DNA of 38,268 nt from Octopus bimaculoides. Its lineage: Eukaryota. Shown piece by piece: positions 1 through 10,013 of this stretch. Numbering within the stretch: the stretch's first letter is position 1; every line of letters starts with the position of its first letter. The notes under the pieces were generated by a model. The model worked only from the letters and a program-made list of their open reading frames with translations, was not told where the DNA came from and did not search any database. The position numbers and the translations under genes were made by a program. Location: NCBI RefSeq assembly GCF_001194135.2, contig NC_068981.1, forward strand, positions 108,596,499-108,634,766, read 5' to 3'.

Positions 1-83
1 TCTGTAAAGGTACAAACATCCAGATTTCTGAGTACCTTAATTTTTTTCTATATAATTTCTGTACATCACCTCCAAACCTTCCA

Positions 84-149
84 ATATATATATTTATATA
101 TATATATACATATACTTATGCGCACACACGCACACACGCACACACAAAT

Positions 150-211
<62 letters not shown>

Positions 212-245
212 GCGCGCACACACACACACACACATACATATATAT
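84..245. repeat. Compound (TA)n/(CA)n/(CACG)n microsatellite
   Basis: Directly visible. Confidence 0.95.
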
Positions 246-464
246 GAATAAATGAGAGACGGAAGATGGAAGATATGAGAATGTTTACTGATCACTACAA
301 TCATCTCTACCCATCTAGTATCGATCCCTCGCAGGTGGGATACTACACAACAGGCTATCGGTTGTTTGATTAACCGTTCATTCAAAAAACGCCCATCTAT
401 TCTATCCACCATCGTAAACTGTATATGCATGCAATTATGGACGCGGATACACCCAATATACCTC

Positions 465-609
465 GTGGCACTCCATCGGTTAAGATGACGAGGGTTCCAG
501 TTGATCCAATCAACGGAACAGCCTGCTCGTGAAATTAACGTGCAAGTGGCTGAACACTCTACAGACACGTGTATCCTTAACATAGTTCTCGGGGAGATTC
601 AGCGTGACA
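465..609 (+). mobile_element. Fragment of an abundant octopus-type SINE-like repeat
   Basis: gtggcactccatcggtt...gatccaatcaacggaacagcctgctcgtgaaattaacgtgcaagtggctgaacactc...ggggagattcagcgtgaca matches, from memory, a common Octopus interspersed repeat. It abuts the broken end of the mariner relic. No database check was possible. Confidence 0.5.
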
Positions 610-611
610 GC

Positions 612-1516
612 AAGCAACAAGTAACATTTCATTAGGTATTTGAGTGCATTCTTGTTCAATGCTTGCTGCTTCCAATCCACCTGTTTGGCAAGAACTCATT
701 AAGATAGAATCGTACATCACGATGGTAATGTGGTGGTGCTCCATCTAGCTGAAAATTCCTCATCTTCCAAGACCTGTCTAATGCTTGGCATAACAGACTG
801 TTGCAGCATTTTCAAGAAAACGGGACCAATCACAGTAACATAAAAAAGAACGGTCTAATTAATTATCTTGATGTAATGCCACACCACACTGTAACTCCTG
901 GTAAATCAACATCATTTTCCACCGTAACATGCAACTGTGGCGGTTAAATTGAACCATTTAATTCAAATGTAACCTCACCGCTCCACACAACTTTTGTTGG
1001 AAAGCGTGGATCTTCTAAGCGTTTTGCCAAGTACCATTTCCAATACGCCATTCTTCTTTCTGGATCCTCTTCACTGATAGCATGGACTAATGCTGGGATA
1101 TAAATTTTCCAATGGAAGCGCTTCAAAGTGCGATGGACAGACGTTTTTTTGAAATCCATACATCACAGCTCGCTTTCCAATACCCTTTCTTGCTTTCTGG
1201 GGCGAGTTGATGTCCGTGTTCTTCCGGTATGGTTCCTGTGTAAATCCTGTACAGTTCCATTAAATTCAAATTTATTCTTGATTTGATAGATGGGCATCCG
1301 CGTTGGCGGATCTCAATGAAACTTTCTTCTACACTGCCTTTGAACTTCAACTGCGTCTTCATACTTCAAGTAGCATTTTAAGATGAATTTCCTTTGTTTA
1401 AACCTAAGTCTTGATGCCATTATTTATTCTTATGGGTGAAATCTGAAAGCAAAGAATGAAGATTTGGATTATCTACCGTAGAAGTGTGCATACATTACAA
1501 TTTTTGTTGCACCCTG
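612..1516 (-). mobile_element. Decayed Tc1/mariner DNA transposon (DUF4817/Tc3-like HTH plus DDD transposase pseudogene)
   Basis: The minus strand reads from ATG at 1420: MASRLRFKQRKFILKCYLKYEDAVEVQRQ...KIYIPALVHAISEEDPERR...VVWSGEVTFELNG...PGVTVWCGITS...FQLDGAPPHYHRDVRFYLNEFLPNRWIG / SIEQECTQIPNEMLL, with stops and frameshifts. The left end is TA|CAGGGTGC (plus-strand gcaccctg|ta at 1509-1518), a typical Tc1/mariner terminus. Confidence 0.88.
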
Positions 1517-1863
1517 TATTTGACTGTTGTTATTTCTATGCCGCGTAACTTTACAGAGACTCCCTGTAACAAGCAATTTCATTTACAGCCTTACAAAAGT
1601 GAATTTAATATATATGAATTTACATTACATTTTACAATCATCTTTAGGTGTTTTATTTTTTTTTGCATGTCTACACATATATTTGTCTTAGGACTGTCCT
1701 CATTAATATTTATTGTATTCTCAAGTTACGTACGAAATCTATCGTATTTTGAATAATGTATATGAAACACATTTAATCTTTTATTTGACTGCTTACATAT
1801 TCATATATTTCTTACATATAAGAATATTTTAGAATTATCCATGTACATTCTTTTAAATACCAG

Positions 1864-2065
1864 TTTTCCCGGTTGTCAGATCCTCAAGTGTGGGTAGATG
1901 CGGCGAGCCAGATTTTCTATTCACTCGGTTTGGGATTTGGAAGTCTCATTGCTTTGTCTTCGTACAACCCAACAAGAAATAATTGTCATAGAGATGCAAT
2001 ATTTATTGCCTTAACAAATTGTTGTACATCTGTCTTTGCTGGGATCGTTGTATTCAGTATATTAG
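1864..2065 (+). CDS. SLC6 Na+-dependent amino-acid transporter (SLC6A15-20 nutrient branch, resembles SLC6A18/19/20), exon encoding TM6-TM7
   Basis: The exon has acceptor cag|1864 and donor 2065|gtaagt (phase 0 to 1). It reads [68 protein letters not shown], the hallmark SLC6 TM6/TM7 motifs. Confidence 0.96.
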
Positions 2066-2922
2066 GTAAGTTACTTAGATTTAATATTATGAAAATTTCT
2101 ATTATTTTTAATACATTCAAATTATATAAAATGAAGGTTTTTGCCCAGAAATATTTCCTATATTATATGCACATACCAGGAACGATATAGTAGTCGAATC
2201 CACTCTAGAGATAGTAATTATTTTATTGAGAGAAGAAAAATGAGGTCTTATGCAGATGCATTTGAAGTCGGAACTGTAATGTTTATAAGGTTTATATAAT
2301 TGAACCCACAGCTGTCTGTTCCACATCCACTCAAATGAGCTGCGTAACTAAGTTGTCACAAAAATGTAGTTACAGATGAGTGATCAAAAGACGTCTAATG
2401 TGTTTTAGCAGCCATATGAATGATTAGAATAGAATATTTTGTTTTCATAAAGTAATATAATAAGGATTCTATGAAGAAGGGTGTGTAACTAAAATTGGAG
2501 TGTATTAAACTAAAATGCATGAGCTGGTATGACTTTTGTATATTTGAATTAACAATGTTCCTATGACTAGTTTTTATCCTTTCAAATTCTATAAAATAAA
2601 CATTAAACAGGTACTGGAGCTGGATCTTTTCCCTTTGGCCGGCACATTTAAAAAATAATTTTTTGTAACTAAACACTTTCAAAATTCGTATGCTGGTAGA
2701 ATGTGTCACATAAAACATCATTTACTCTTGGCGTTTTTGAGAAAATTGTGTATTTTCGAAATTATTTCGTGTTAAAGTTGTCGTATTTCGGTAATTTCAA
2801 CCAATCAATGACGTCTATTGAGATGAAAACAATTACTGCTGTTGTTTATCAACAACAACTTCCGGCGGTGTATATTTCGTTTGTCACTGTTATTTATGAC
2901 ATCGTTCGTGCGTTTGTACTGG

Positions 2923-3084
2923 TTTTAGTTTTAGGGTTAGGATTAGGGTTCGGGTTTTAGAGTTAGCGTTAGGGTTTTAGGGTCAGGGTTAGGATTTTAG
3001 GGTTAGGGATAGGATTTTAGACTTAGGGTTAGAGTTAGGGTTTTAGGGTTAGGTTAGGGTTTTAGGGTTAGGTTAGGGTTTTTT
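2923..3084 (+). repeat. Degenerate (TTAGGG/TTTTAGGG)n telomere-like array, G-rich on +
   Basis: Directly visible, e.g. ttttagggttaggattagggtt...ttagggttttagggttaggttagggtt. Confidence 0.95.
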
Positions 3085-3165
3085 CAGCTACTATTTTCGA
3101 AAAGACATTTTTGCCCTCCTCCCCCTCCAATTTCTTCATTTTTCACATTTTTTCGTAACTTTAAT

Positions 3166-3484
3166 CTTAAAATCCCAACCCTAATTCTAACCCTAAAACC
3201 CCAACCCTAACCCAAAAACCCTAACCCAAAAACCCTAACCCAAAAACCCTAACCCAAAAACCCTAACCCTAACCCTAACTCTAAAATCCTAACCCTAATC
3301 CTAAAACCTTAACCCTGACCCTAACCCTAACCCTAACCCTAACCCTAAAACTCTAACCCTAACCCAAAAACCGTAACCCTAACCTAAAATCCTAACCCTA
3401 ACTTTAAAACACTATCCATAACCCTAAAACCCTAACCCTGACCCTAAAACCCTAACCATAACTCTAAAACCCTAAAGCTAAAAC
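3166..3484 (-). repeat. Degenerate (CCCTAA/CCCTAAAA)n telomere-like array, G-rich on -
   Basis: Directly visible, e.g. accctaaccctaaccctaaccctaaccctaaaa. It is inverted relative to the 2923-3084 array and about twice as long. Confidence 0.95.
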
Positions 3485-4592
3485 CAGTACAAACGCACGA
3501 ACGATGTCATAAATAACAGTGACACACGAAATATACACCGCCGATAGTTGTTGTTGACGAACAACGGCAGTAATTTTATTCAAGGGAAAAGATCCCGAAA
3601 TAGGCAATTTCGAAAACGCTAAAACAAAACGAAAATACTTTCACAAACAAAATAAACTGAAAAATTTGTTTAAAATAACTAATAACTGAATTGATTAAGC
3701 TATACACACGTGTATCTCAAATGTAAATATACCAGAAATAACAGTGACAAACTAAATATACACCACCGGAACGTCTTGTTGACGAACCACAGCAGTAATT
3801 GTTTTCGCCTCAATAGACGTCATTGATTGGTTGAAATTACCGAAATACGACAACTTTAACACGAAATAACTTCGAAAATAAAGAATTTTCTTAAAAACGC
3901 CAAGAGTAAATGATATTTTAAATGACACATTCTACCAGTATACGAAATTTGAAAGTGTTTAGTTACAGAAAATTATTTTTTTATGTGTCGGCCAAAAGGA
4001 AAAGATCCCAGGAGTTGATTTATTTGACTTATAGCCCAATTACGAACTTGGATTAGTCTAAATGAAAGTAGTTGAACACCGACCTAAATTTTCGATTTTA
4101 GTTTCATACCACACCCTGTTAATTTCATATGCTATTGATTGTAACTGTCTGTCTAAGAAATCAGCAGTACATAGATTAAAAAACGCATTGACCAGTTGTA
4201 GTTGAAGCCTTAAGCTTTTCCTTGTAATATTTCTGTTAATGTAATGCTAACAAATATTGATTGATTCCTGTCTTGAATAAATCTTAAAAAAAAACAACTC
4301 TTAAGAAGGGCATATTCTTGTTCGAACACCGTTCTATTGAAAGTATTATTCAGATAATTAATTATCTATGTTCAATAGCGAGGTGAACTAAGGCATACAG
4401 AAAATATATTTACAGTCCAAATTTCTATGAAACCGCTTACCGAACTGGTAATTTATTATCATGTCCCCTCAAAACACTTTCTTTCCATATCGTCAGAGAA
4501 GTAAATATACAATAAATGCTAATATATCATAGATTTATAAAATACACAGATGTGATCTTCTTTGTTTAATTTATGTGTTTATTTTTACGAAG

Positions 4593-4789
4593 GTTTTAAG
4601 GCCACTAAACGTTTAGAATTATGCCAAGAAATTCGTGACCACGAGTTAATGGCATTATTCAATGACACAAATGTGATTCCACCACCTGCTGGAACACTTG
4701 TTAATATTAGCTCCTCACCAAATGGAGAAGTTACTTCAGTAGTGATGCCTAATATTACTACTTGCAGTTTTAAAGAAGAAATTTTAAAG
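4593..4789 (+). CDS. SLC6 transporter exon encoding the extended extracellular loop 4
   Basis: The exon has acceptor gaag|4593 and donor 4789|gtaaag (phase 1 to 0). It reads (G)FKATKRLELCQEIRDHELMALFNDTNVIPPPAGTLVNISSSPNGEVTSVVMPNITTCSFKEEILK. The GFKA...C...C..EEL-type long EL4 is characteristic of the SLC6A15-20 group. Confidence 0.92.
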
Positions 4790-5161
4790 GTAAAGTTAAT
4801 GTCTTTCGTTTCTGTCATGGTAAATTCTGTCTACTTCTGCTGTATTTTAATTTTCTTTTAATGCATCTTTATTTTATTCATCAAAGATGAATATACGCCC
4901 TCAGTATTCACCTGCATAATTGTTATTTAGGAATTCTGCTAATTTTTAGCATCCTTTGTAAATGTTCAATACAAGTAGAGATTTGAGACTGGGTTTGTTT
5001 TTAATTTCAACGAACGTCAGAAATTACCATTTCAATATTTGCAGTTATGTTAACTTAAATGAAACTTTTGTATGAAATAAATAAATTGTAGAACAGCTAA
5101 CGTTTTTGTGTACCTGAAGTAATAGTTTTGAATACCAACAATATATTTGTTTATATTCCAG

Positions 5162-5369
5162 TCAGCATCTGGTACAGGTTTAACATTTATTGCTTTCACG
5201 GAAGCTATAAATCAATTTTCTGTACCGCCAATATGGTCAATTCTGTTTTTCCTTATGTTACTGACCATTGGACTTGACAGTATGTTTGCAACGCTTGAAG
5301 GAGTAGTAACTCCGATTCTTGACTTGGATATTATTCCTGATCTCCGTAAATATCCTCCTATGTTATCGG
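5162..5369 (+). CDS. SLC6 transporter exon encoding EL4b-TM8
   Basis: The exon has acceptor ccag|5162 and donor 5369|gtaagt (phase 0 to 1). It reads [69 protein letters not shown]. Confidence 0.96.
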
Positions 5370-5845
5370 GTAAGTTGATTATATATTACAAGTTGATTAT
5401 TGTCCTTGTAACTGGTTGACCCTGATTAAACAGATTTATCATCAAATGCTTTTCACTCGTGACCATCATCTCGTCTTCTCTTGACCATTGCTTAATTAGA
5501 ACTACAATATAGACTACCAATGGGAAGACCTCAAATGTAAATTATTTACATGATAATTATTTCAAAATGAAAATAGTTAGAAGAATTAGGATTACTAGAA
5601 CTTGTTATCAACCAACGGAAGACCTTCCCAAAGATAACCTTATAGCAACAATAATATAAATCAAATCTTGCCTAGAAGACTTGATGGAAGTAGATGCTAA
5701 CATTAATATCGTAAGGTTAAACGAAATAGTATGAAATAACCATTGTATTTACAAAGGAATGAATGAACTCCCTCATATTTACTTATGCTAAGATCAAAAT
5801 CTAAACAACGTGGAAGACAAACACACTGGGAAACATAGAGTAATG

Positions 5846-5915
5846 GATTCAAATTTAGGCACAAGGCCCAAATTTTATTTTATCATCCTTGAAAGAATGA
5901 GAGCAAAGATGAATT
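5846..5915 (-). mobile_element. Degraded SINE core/tail fragment
   Basis: ttcaaatttaggcacaaggccc...atccttgaaagaatgagagcaaag is a decayed reverse complement of the core and tail of the SINE at 7832-8048. Confidence 0.45.
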
Positions 5916-7320
5916 AAATAACAATAAGGTCACAAAAATAAAGAGATACATACTAAAGAATTACAATATAACACCCCGTAAAGAAAAAAGTACCAACATT
6001 CATAAAAGCTTAATCTTCAGTAAATTGAAAAAACTTCGTCGTTATAACAAGTAGCAACGTTTCTTTCATCAAATCAAATCAATTTATCTCCAACCTCAAA
6101 CTATTTTATTAAGAACAAGGTAAAAAAAAAAAAATGCAACATCAGCAAAAAGTAAACTAAAAGAGATGAGTGAAATTCAGATCGTTGGAATCCAGCTCAT
6201 TCCAAATTTTCAGGACAAAATTTTATTGCCTGAAAATCAGAGTGAACAAAATATGCAACTCATGCTCTGTCATGTTGCTTGACATCAATTTATCATGAGG
6301 GAACACTTCAGCATTCAGTTGAATTAATATCTAGTAATATTAAGGATGTTATACTGTCTACTGCTTCAGTTTGTAATGTCACTATAAACACAGTAACATA
6401 GGCGTTCGCATAATTTGCTTAGGACAGATGTATTTATGATTATGTATCTATTGCAAGCTCCATTCATAATTTAGAGTATTTTCTTTATAAAATATCTTAA
6501 GCTCTCGTGTAAACTGCATTAACCAAGATTTTCTGATTTATTCCAGCGTGTGATAGCAACATCATTGGGTGTCGCGCGATTTGGTGGTTAATAGCACTAC
6601 TTTTGTGCATGAGATATAATATCTAAATTTTCAAAACGTTATTATGCTGTAAACAACTTCATATATTGTAGGTAGTTATTCGTGACAGTTTGGTGAACTT
6701 GAATTAAGTGTCCTGACCATACTACGACGAATGTGTCTGAATATGAACAGATTTGTTATAATTTGACAGAAGCATGCAAGTAATTTTGTCAATTAACAAA
6801 TAATGTGAGACAGAAGTCTCGTTCCTATAAAGGAAACACATATGAATGAGACTAGAAAAAAAATTACAAAATAAAAAGAAAACTTTATTAATGAGCAGAA
6901 TAACATGGATGTTGAATTACCTTGTAACTTAAGATGCTGTCCCCATGGTTGTAGATGCCATTCCATGTGCGTTTAATATACAGCAGACACTTCCATCCGC
7001 ATGTCGCAATCAGTTGATGAGTTTTGATAAAATGGTAGTCTGAAGTTGAGCATTACTATATGAACTAATACTTCTTCGTAGTATTAGGGGAACTAATCTG
7101 ATGCATAAATTTTCTGTCTAGAAACACAATAATACACCTTTAAAAGATTTGAATCCATCATCAAAAACTAGTTAATGCAATATGTTATCAACTTGAATAA
7201 CTTGCTTCCGCTATCATACCTTAGCCAAAACAGACTTGATTAATATGAATTATTCCACGAAAGCTAGTTTCTTTAGCAGCAACATTCCTATAAATAATAT
7301 TTTACTCCTTTATTTTGCAG

Positions 7321-7480
7321 CTTGTCTCTGCCTGAGTTCTTTTCTGCTGTCATTTGTATTTGCCAATCAAGCTGGACCTTATATATTTGTGTTGTTTGAT
7401 GAGTACGTTTCTGGACTTCCGTTACTGATCATAGTATTTGCAGAAATCATTACGATCTCTTATATATATGGCTTATACAG
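7321..7480 (+). CDS. SLC6 transporter exon encoding TM9-TM10
   Basis: The exon has acceptor tttgcag|7321 and donor 7480|gtacga (phase 1 to 2). It reads (A)CLCLSSFLLSFVFANQAGPYIFVLFDEYVSGLPLLIIVFAEIITISYIYGLY(R). Confidence 0.95.
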
Positions 7481-7611
7481 GTACGACTTTAATACCTTTT
7501 TCTCCTCAACAATATTTAAATACATACCATCATGTTTAAAACAGATTGTGACCGAAGTGGACAGAGCTAACGGCAAACGCCTCGGTTATGTTTACGATCG
7601 TACGTGCACAT

Positions 7612-7622
7612 ATGCGTGTGTA

Positions 7623-7656
<34 letters not shown>

Positions 7657-7688
7657 CGAGATAGAGAGTGAGTATGTGCGCGCGCACG
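7612..7688. repeat. Compound (GT)n/(GA)n microsatellite
   Basis: Directly visible. Confidence 0.9.
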
Positions 7689-7831
7689 TGAGTTTATGCG
7701 CTTGCGTGAGCGTTTCTGCATGTGCATAAGCACAAGGGTTTACGATTTTTCATAAATGAGTAACCTGTGGGTTTGTGATCTCTATGTAAAAGCTGTGTAT
7801 TCAGAGGTTTTTCAATATTTTATCTTTAATA

Positions 7832-8047
7832 GGGCAGCGAGCTGGCAGAATCGTTAGCACGCTGGGTGAAATGTTTAGCGGTATTTCATCTGTCTTTACG
7901 TTCTGAGTTCAAATTCAGCCGAGGTTGACTTTACCTTTCATCCTTTCGGGGTCGATAAATTAAGTACCAGTTGTGTACTGGGGGGTCAATCTAATCGACT
8001 GGCCCCCTCCCCAAAATTTCGGGCCTTGTGCCTAGAGTAAAGAAAAG
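7832..8047 (+). mobile_element. tRNA-derived SINE, copy 1 (tail type A)
   Basis: It has a pol III-type head (gggcagcgagctggcagaatcgttagc...gagttcaaattc), a conserved core (gccgaggttgactttacctttcatcctttcggggtcgataaattaagtaccag) and a tail ending ggccttgtgcctagagtaaagaaaag. It is flanked by 16-bp direct repeats. Confidence 0.85.
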
Positions 8048-8065
8048 AATATTTCATCATTAATA

Positions 8066-8297
8066 GGGCAGCGAGCTGGTAGAATCGTTAGCACGCCAGG
8101 CAAAATGCTTAGCGGTATTTCGTCTGCCGTTACGTTCTGAGTTCAAATTCTGCCGAGGTCGACTTTGTATTTCATCCTTTCGGGATCGATTAATTAAGTA
8201 CCAGTTACGCACTGAGATCAATGTAATCACCTTAAACCCTTTGTCTGTCTTTGTTTGTCCCCTCTGTGTTTAGCTCCCTGTGAGCAATAAAGAAATA
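8066..8297 (+). mobile_element. tRNA-derived SINE, copy 2 (same head/core, tail type B)
   Basis: The head and core align with 7832-7970. The 3' part differs (ccctttgtctgtctttgtttgtcccctctgtgtttagctccctgtgagcaataaagaaata). Confidence 0.85.
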
Positions 8298-8545
8298 AAT
8301 ATTTTATCTTTAACTGGACGGAGAGTTATTCGAAGTAGTATTTTACGGCCATATATCATTCCCGTAAATAACCCTTACTTTTTTAAAGTAAGGAATTTTT
8401 CCCACAGATCTTCAAAAGCATAGAACTATCGGTCGTAATGTGTTCAAGGAATGTAAGTATAACCCGTTTCGTTTAGATGGTGATAGGCAAAATTGATGAA
8501 TGTCAACATTCGATCGAAATATGTATAAACAATGTCTTTCATTCT

Positions 8546-8552
8546 GTCTGTG

Positions 8553-8615
<63 letters not shown>

Positions 8616-8650
8616 GTGTATACACACACACACACACACACACATACAGA
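8546..8650. repeat. Compound (TA)n/(TATG)n/(CA)n microsatellite
   Basis: Directly visible. Confidence 0.92.
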
Positions 8651-8654
8651 CATG

Positions 8655-8722
8655 AAGGTACCATGAAACGGGAGTGGATCCAAAACTACGCGATTGCGAA
8701 GCAAACTTGTTTAGCAGAGAGC
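8655..8722 (-). mobile_element. Degraded SINE head of the family seen at 34497
   Basis: aaggtaccatgaaacgggagtggatccaaaactacgcgattgcgaagcaaacttg is a decayed reverse complement of the head at 34497-34580. Confidence 0.45.
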
Positions 8723-9702
8723 AATATGTTCACCTATAGAAAAAAATACAATTCTATGCAGAATTTGAGCATGTACTCAACTTTATTCCCCTCCTTATTT
8801 AACACTAGTTGATTTTATGATGGTACTTTTGCTTAAAATTAGCTGAACTACATTACTGAGAGTTGAAGGTCTTGGACAAGCGGATGCGCAATTGCATGGC
8901 TGAAATTATACAAGCCATTGATTCTTCAATACTTGGTTGGCTTTGATCCCCCTCCATAAATTTATATTGAAGATAATCTAAGATACAGATGTTTTATCAT
9001 TAGACACGAGAACGTTTGTGTAGGTGTGAGATTAGTAAATTCTGTCTATTCCATGTATCTATTTTAACGACACGGTAAGAATAAAATGGCAAAACCATTT
9101 AACTTTTTTGTGTCCTTAAAGACCATAGAGAGATGAAACTAAATATTGTAGACATTCAATCTAACGCGTTATTGCTTTTGATATCTCACCTCTCTTATCT
9201 AATATACATGTACCTGGTGTTATTTTTTGGGACGGAATGGCTTAATAGATAAGTTGCTACATGTACAAAAGTGAGTTCGAACGCGCTGTAAGTGTTTCTT
9301 TGTATTTCTGAACAGATCATGGCTAATAAATTCTACAGTTTTCATAATTGTTGGAAAAGATAATGAAAATTATGCAAACATGAGTAAATATTAGTAGTAC
9401 AAACTATACAGAACTATTGGCTAAAATTAAGATATAAAAGTTAGTATTACAAAATACAATGTAATACTTATCACATATGTAGATATAATAAATAGCAGTA
9501 CAAATTACATTTGAATTATGGCTACGTATGCAAACATAGTACTACACAGCACAACCAAGATATTATTAGCTTCTTGGAACATTCTTAGATTTATAGATTT
9601 TTACAGTGTTATACTTCCCTATAAACTCCTGCTGATTCTTCACCAAAGAGGAAAATGTGAAACCTTCACCCTCTCGTTAGATAATTTAACTTAACTGTTC
9701 AT

Positions 9703-9762
9703 TTTAGTTCTTTTTCTTTTAATTCTATTTGTTTCAGTCATTTGGCTGCGGCCATGCTGGAG
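9703..9762 (-). mobile_element. SINE 3' tail fragment
   Basis: tgtttcagtcatttggctgcggccatgctggag is the reverse complement of the tail motif ctccagcatggccgcagccaaatgactgaaaca, related to 36016-36040. Confidence 0.55.
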
Positions 9763-9850
9763 AGGTTTATTGATAAACAAATAAACTTAACAAGTGAATC
9801 CATATTTTTCACACACTATCTTGAATTATATTTTAAATCCTCTTTTGCAG

Positions 9851-10013
9851 GTTCAGTAATGACATCGAACTTATGACGGGTCATAGACCAAATTATTATT
9901 TGATGTTTTGTTGGAAATTCATTTGTCCTGCAATTATTATTTTTCTTATTGTTATTCTTATTATCAATCTTACTACTGATGAGAAAGAGTACGATGTCTG
10001 GCACAGAGAGACG
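9851..10013 (+). CDS. SLC6 transporter exon encoding IL5-TM11-EL6
   Basis: The exon has acceptor tttgcag|9851 and donor 10013|gtaaga (phase 2 to 0). It reads (R)FSNDIELMTGHRPNYYLMFCWKFICPAIIIFLIVILIINLTTDEKEYDVWHRET. Confidence 0.95.

Larger units (their letters stand above)
2622..4008. mobile_element. Non-autonomous foldback (long-TIR) element containing inverted telomere-like arrays
   Basis: The left arm 2622-~2896 is the reverse complement of ~3736-4008, with termini GGATCTTTTCC...GGAAAAGATCC. The flanks ctggagct (2614-2621) and caggagtt (4009-4016) match at 6/8, a candidate 8-bp TSD. No coding remnant was seen. Confidence 0.85.

Noticed and set aside
116-583. 155-aa minus-strand ORF as a gene
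   Set aside because: It is the antisense of a SINE-like repeat plus a microsatellite (CVCV tail) and has no recognisable domain.
2923-3484. Ancient chromosome end-to-end fusion site
   Set aside because: The geometry fits, but the arrays mix TTAGGG with TTTTAGGG, sit inside matched TIRs with a candidate TSD, and lie within an intact gene whose reading frame continues on both sides.
7832-8313. CRISPR-like or prokaryotic repeat-spacer array
   Set aside because: The context is eukaryotic and spliced. The three 16-mers are explained as target-site duplications around SINEs.
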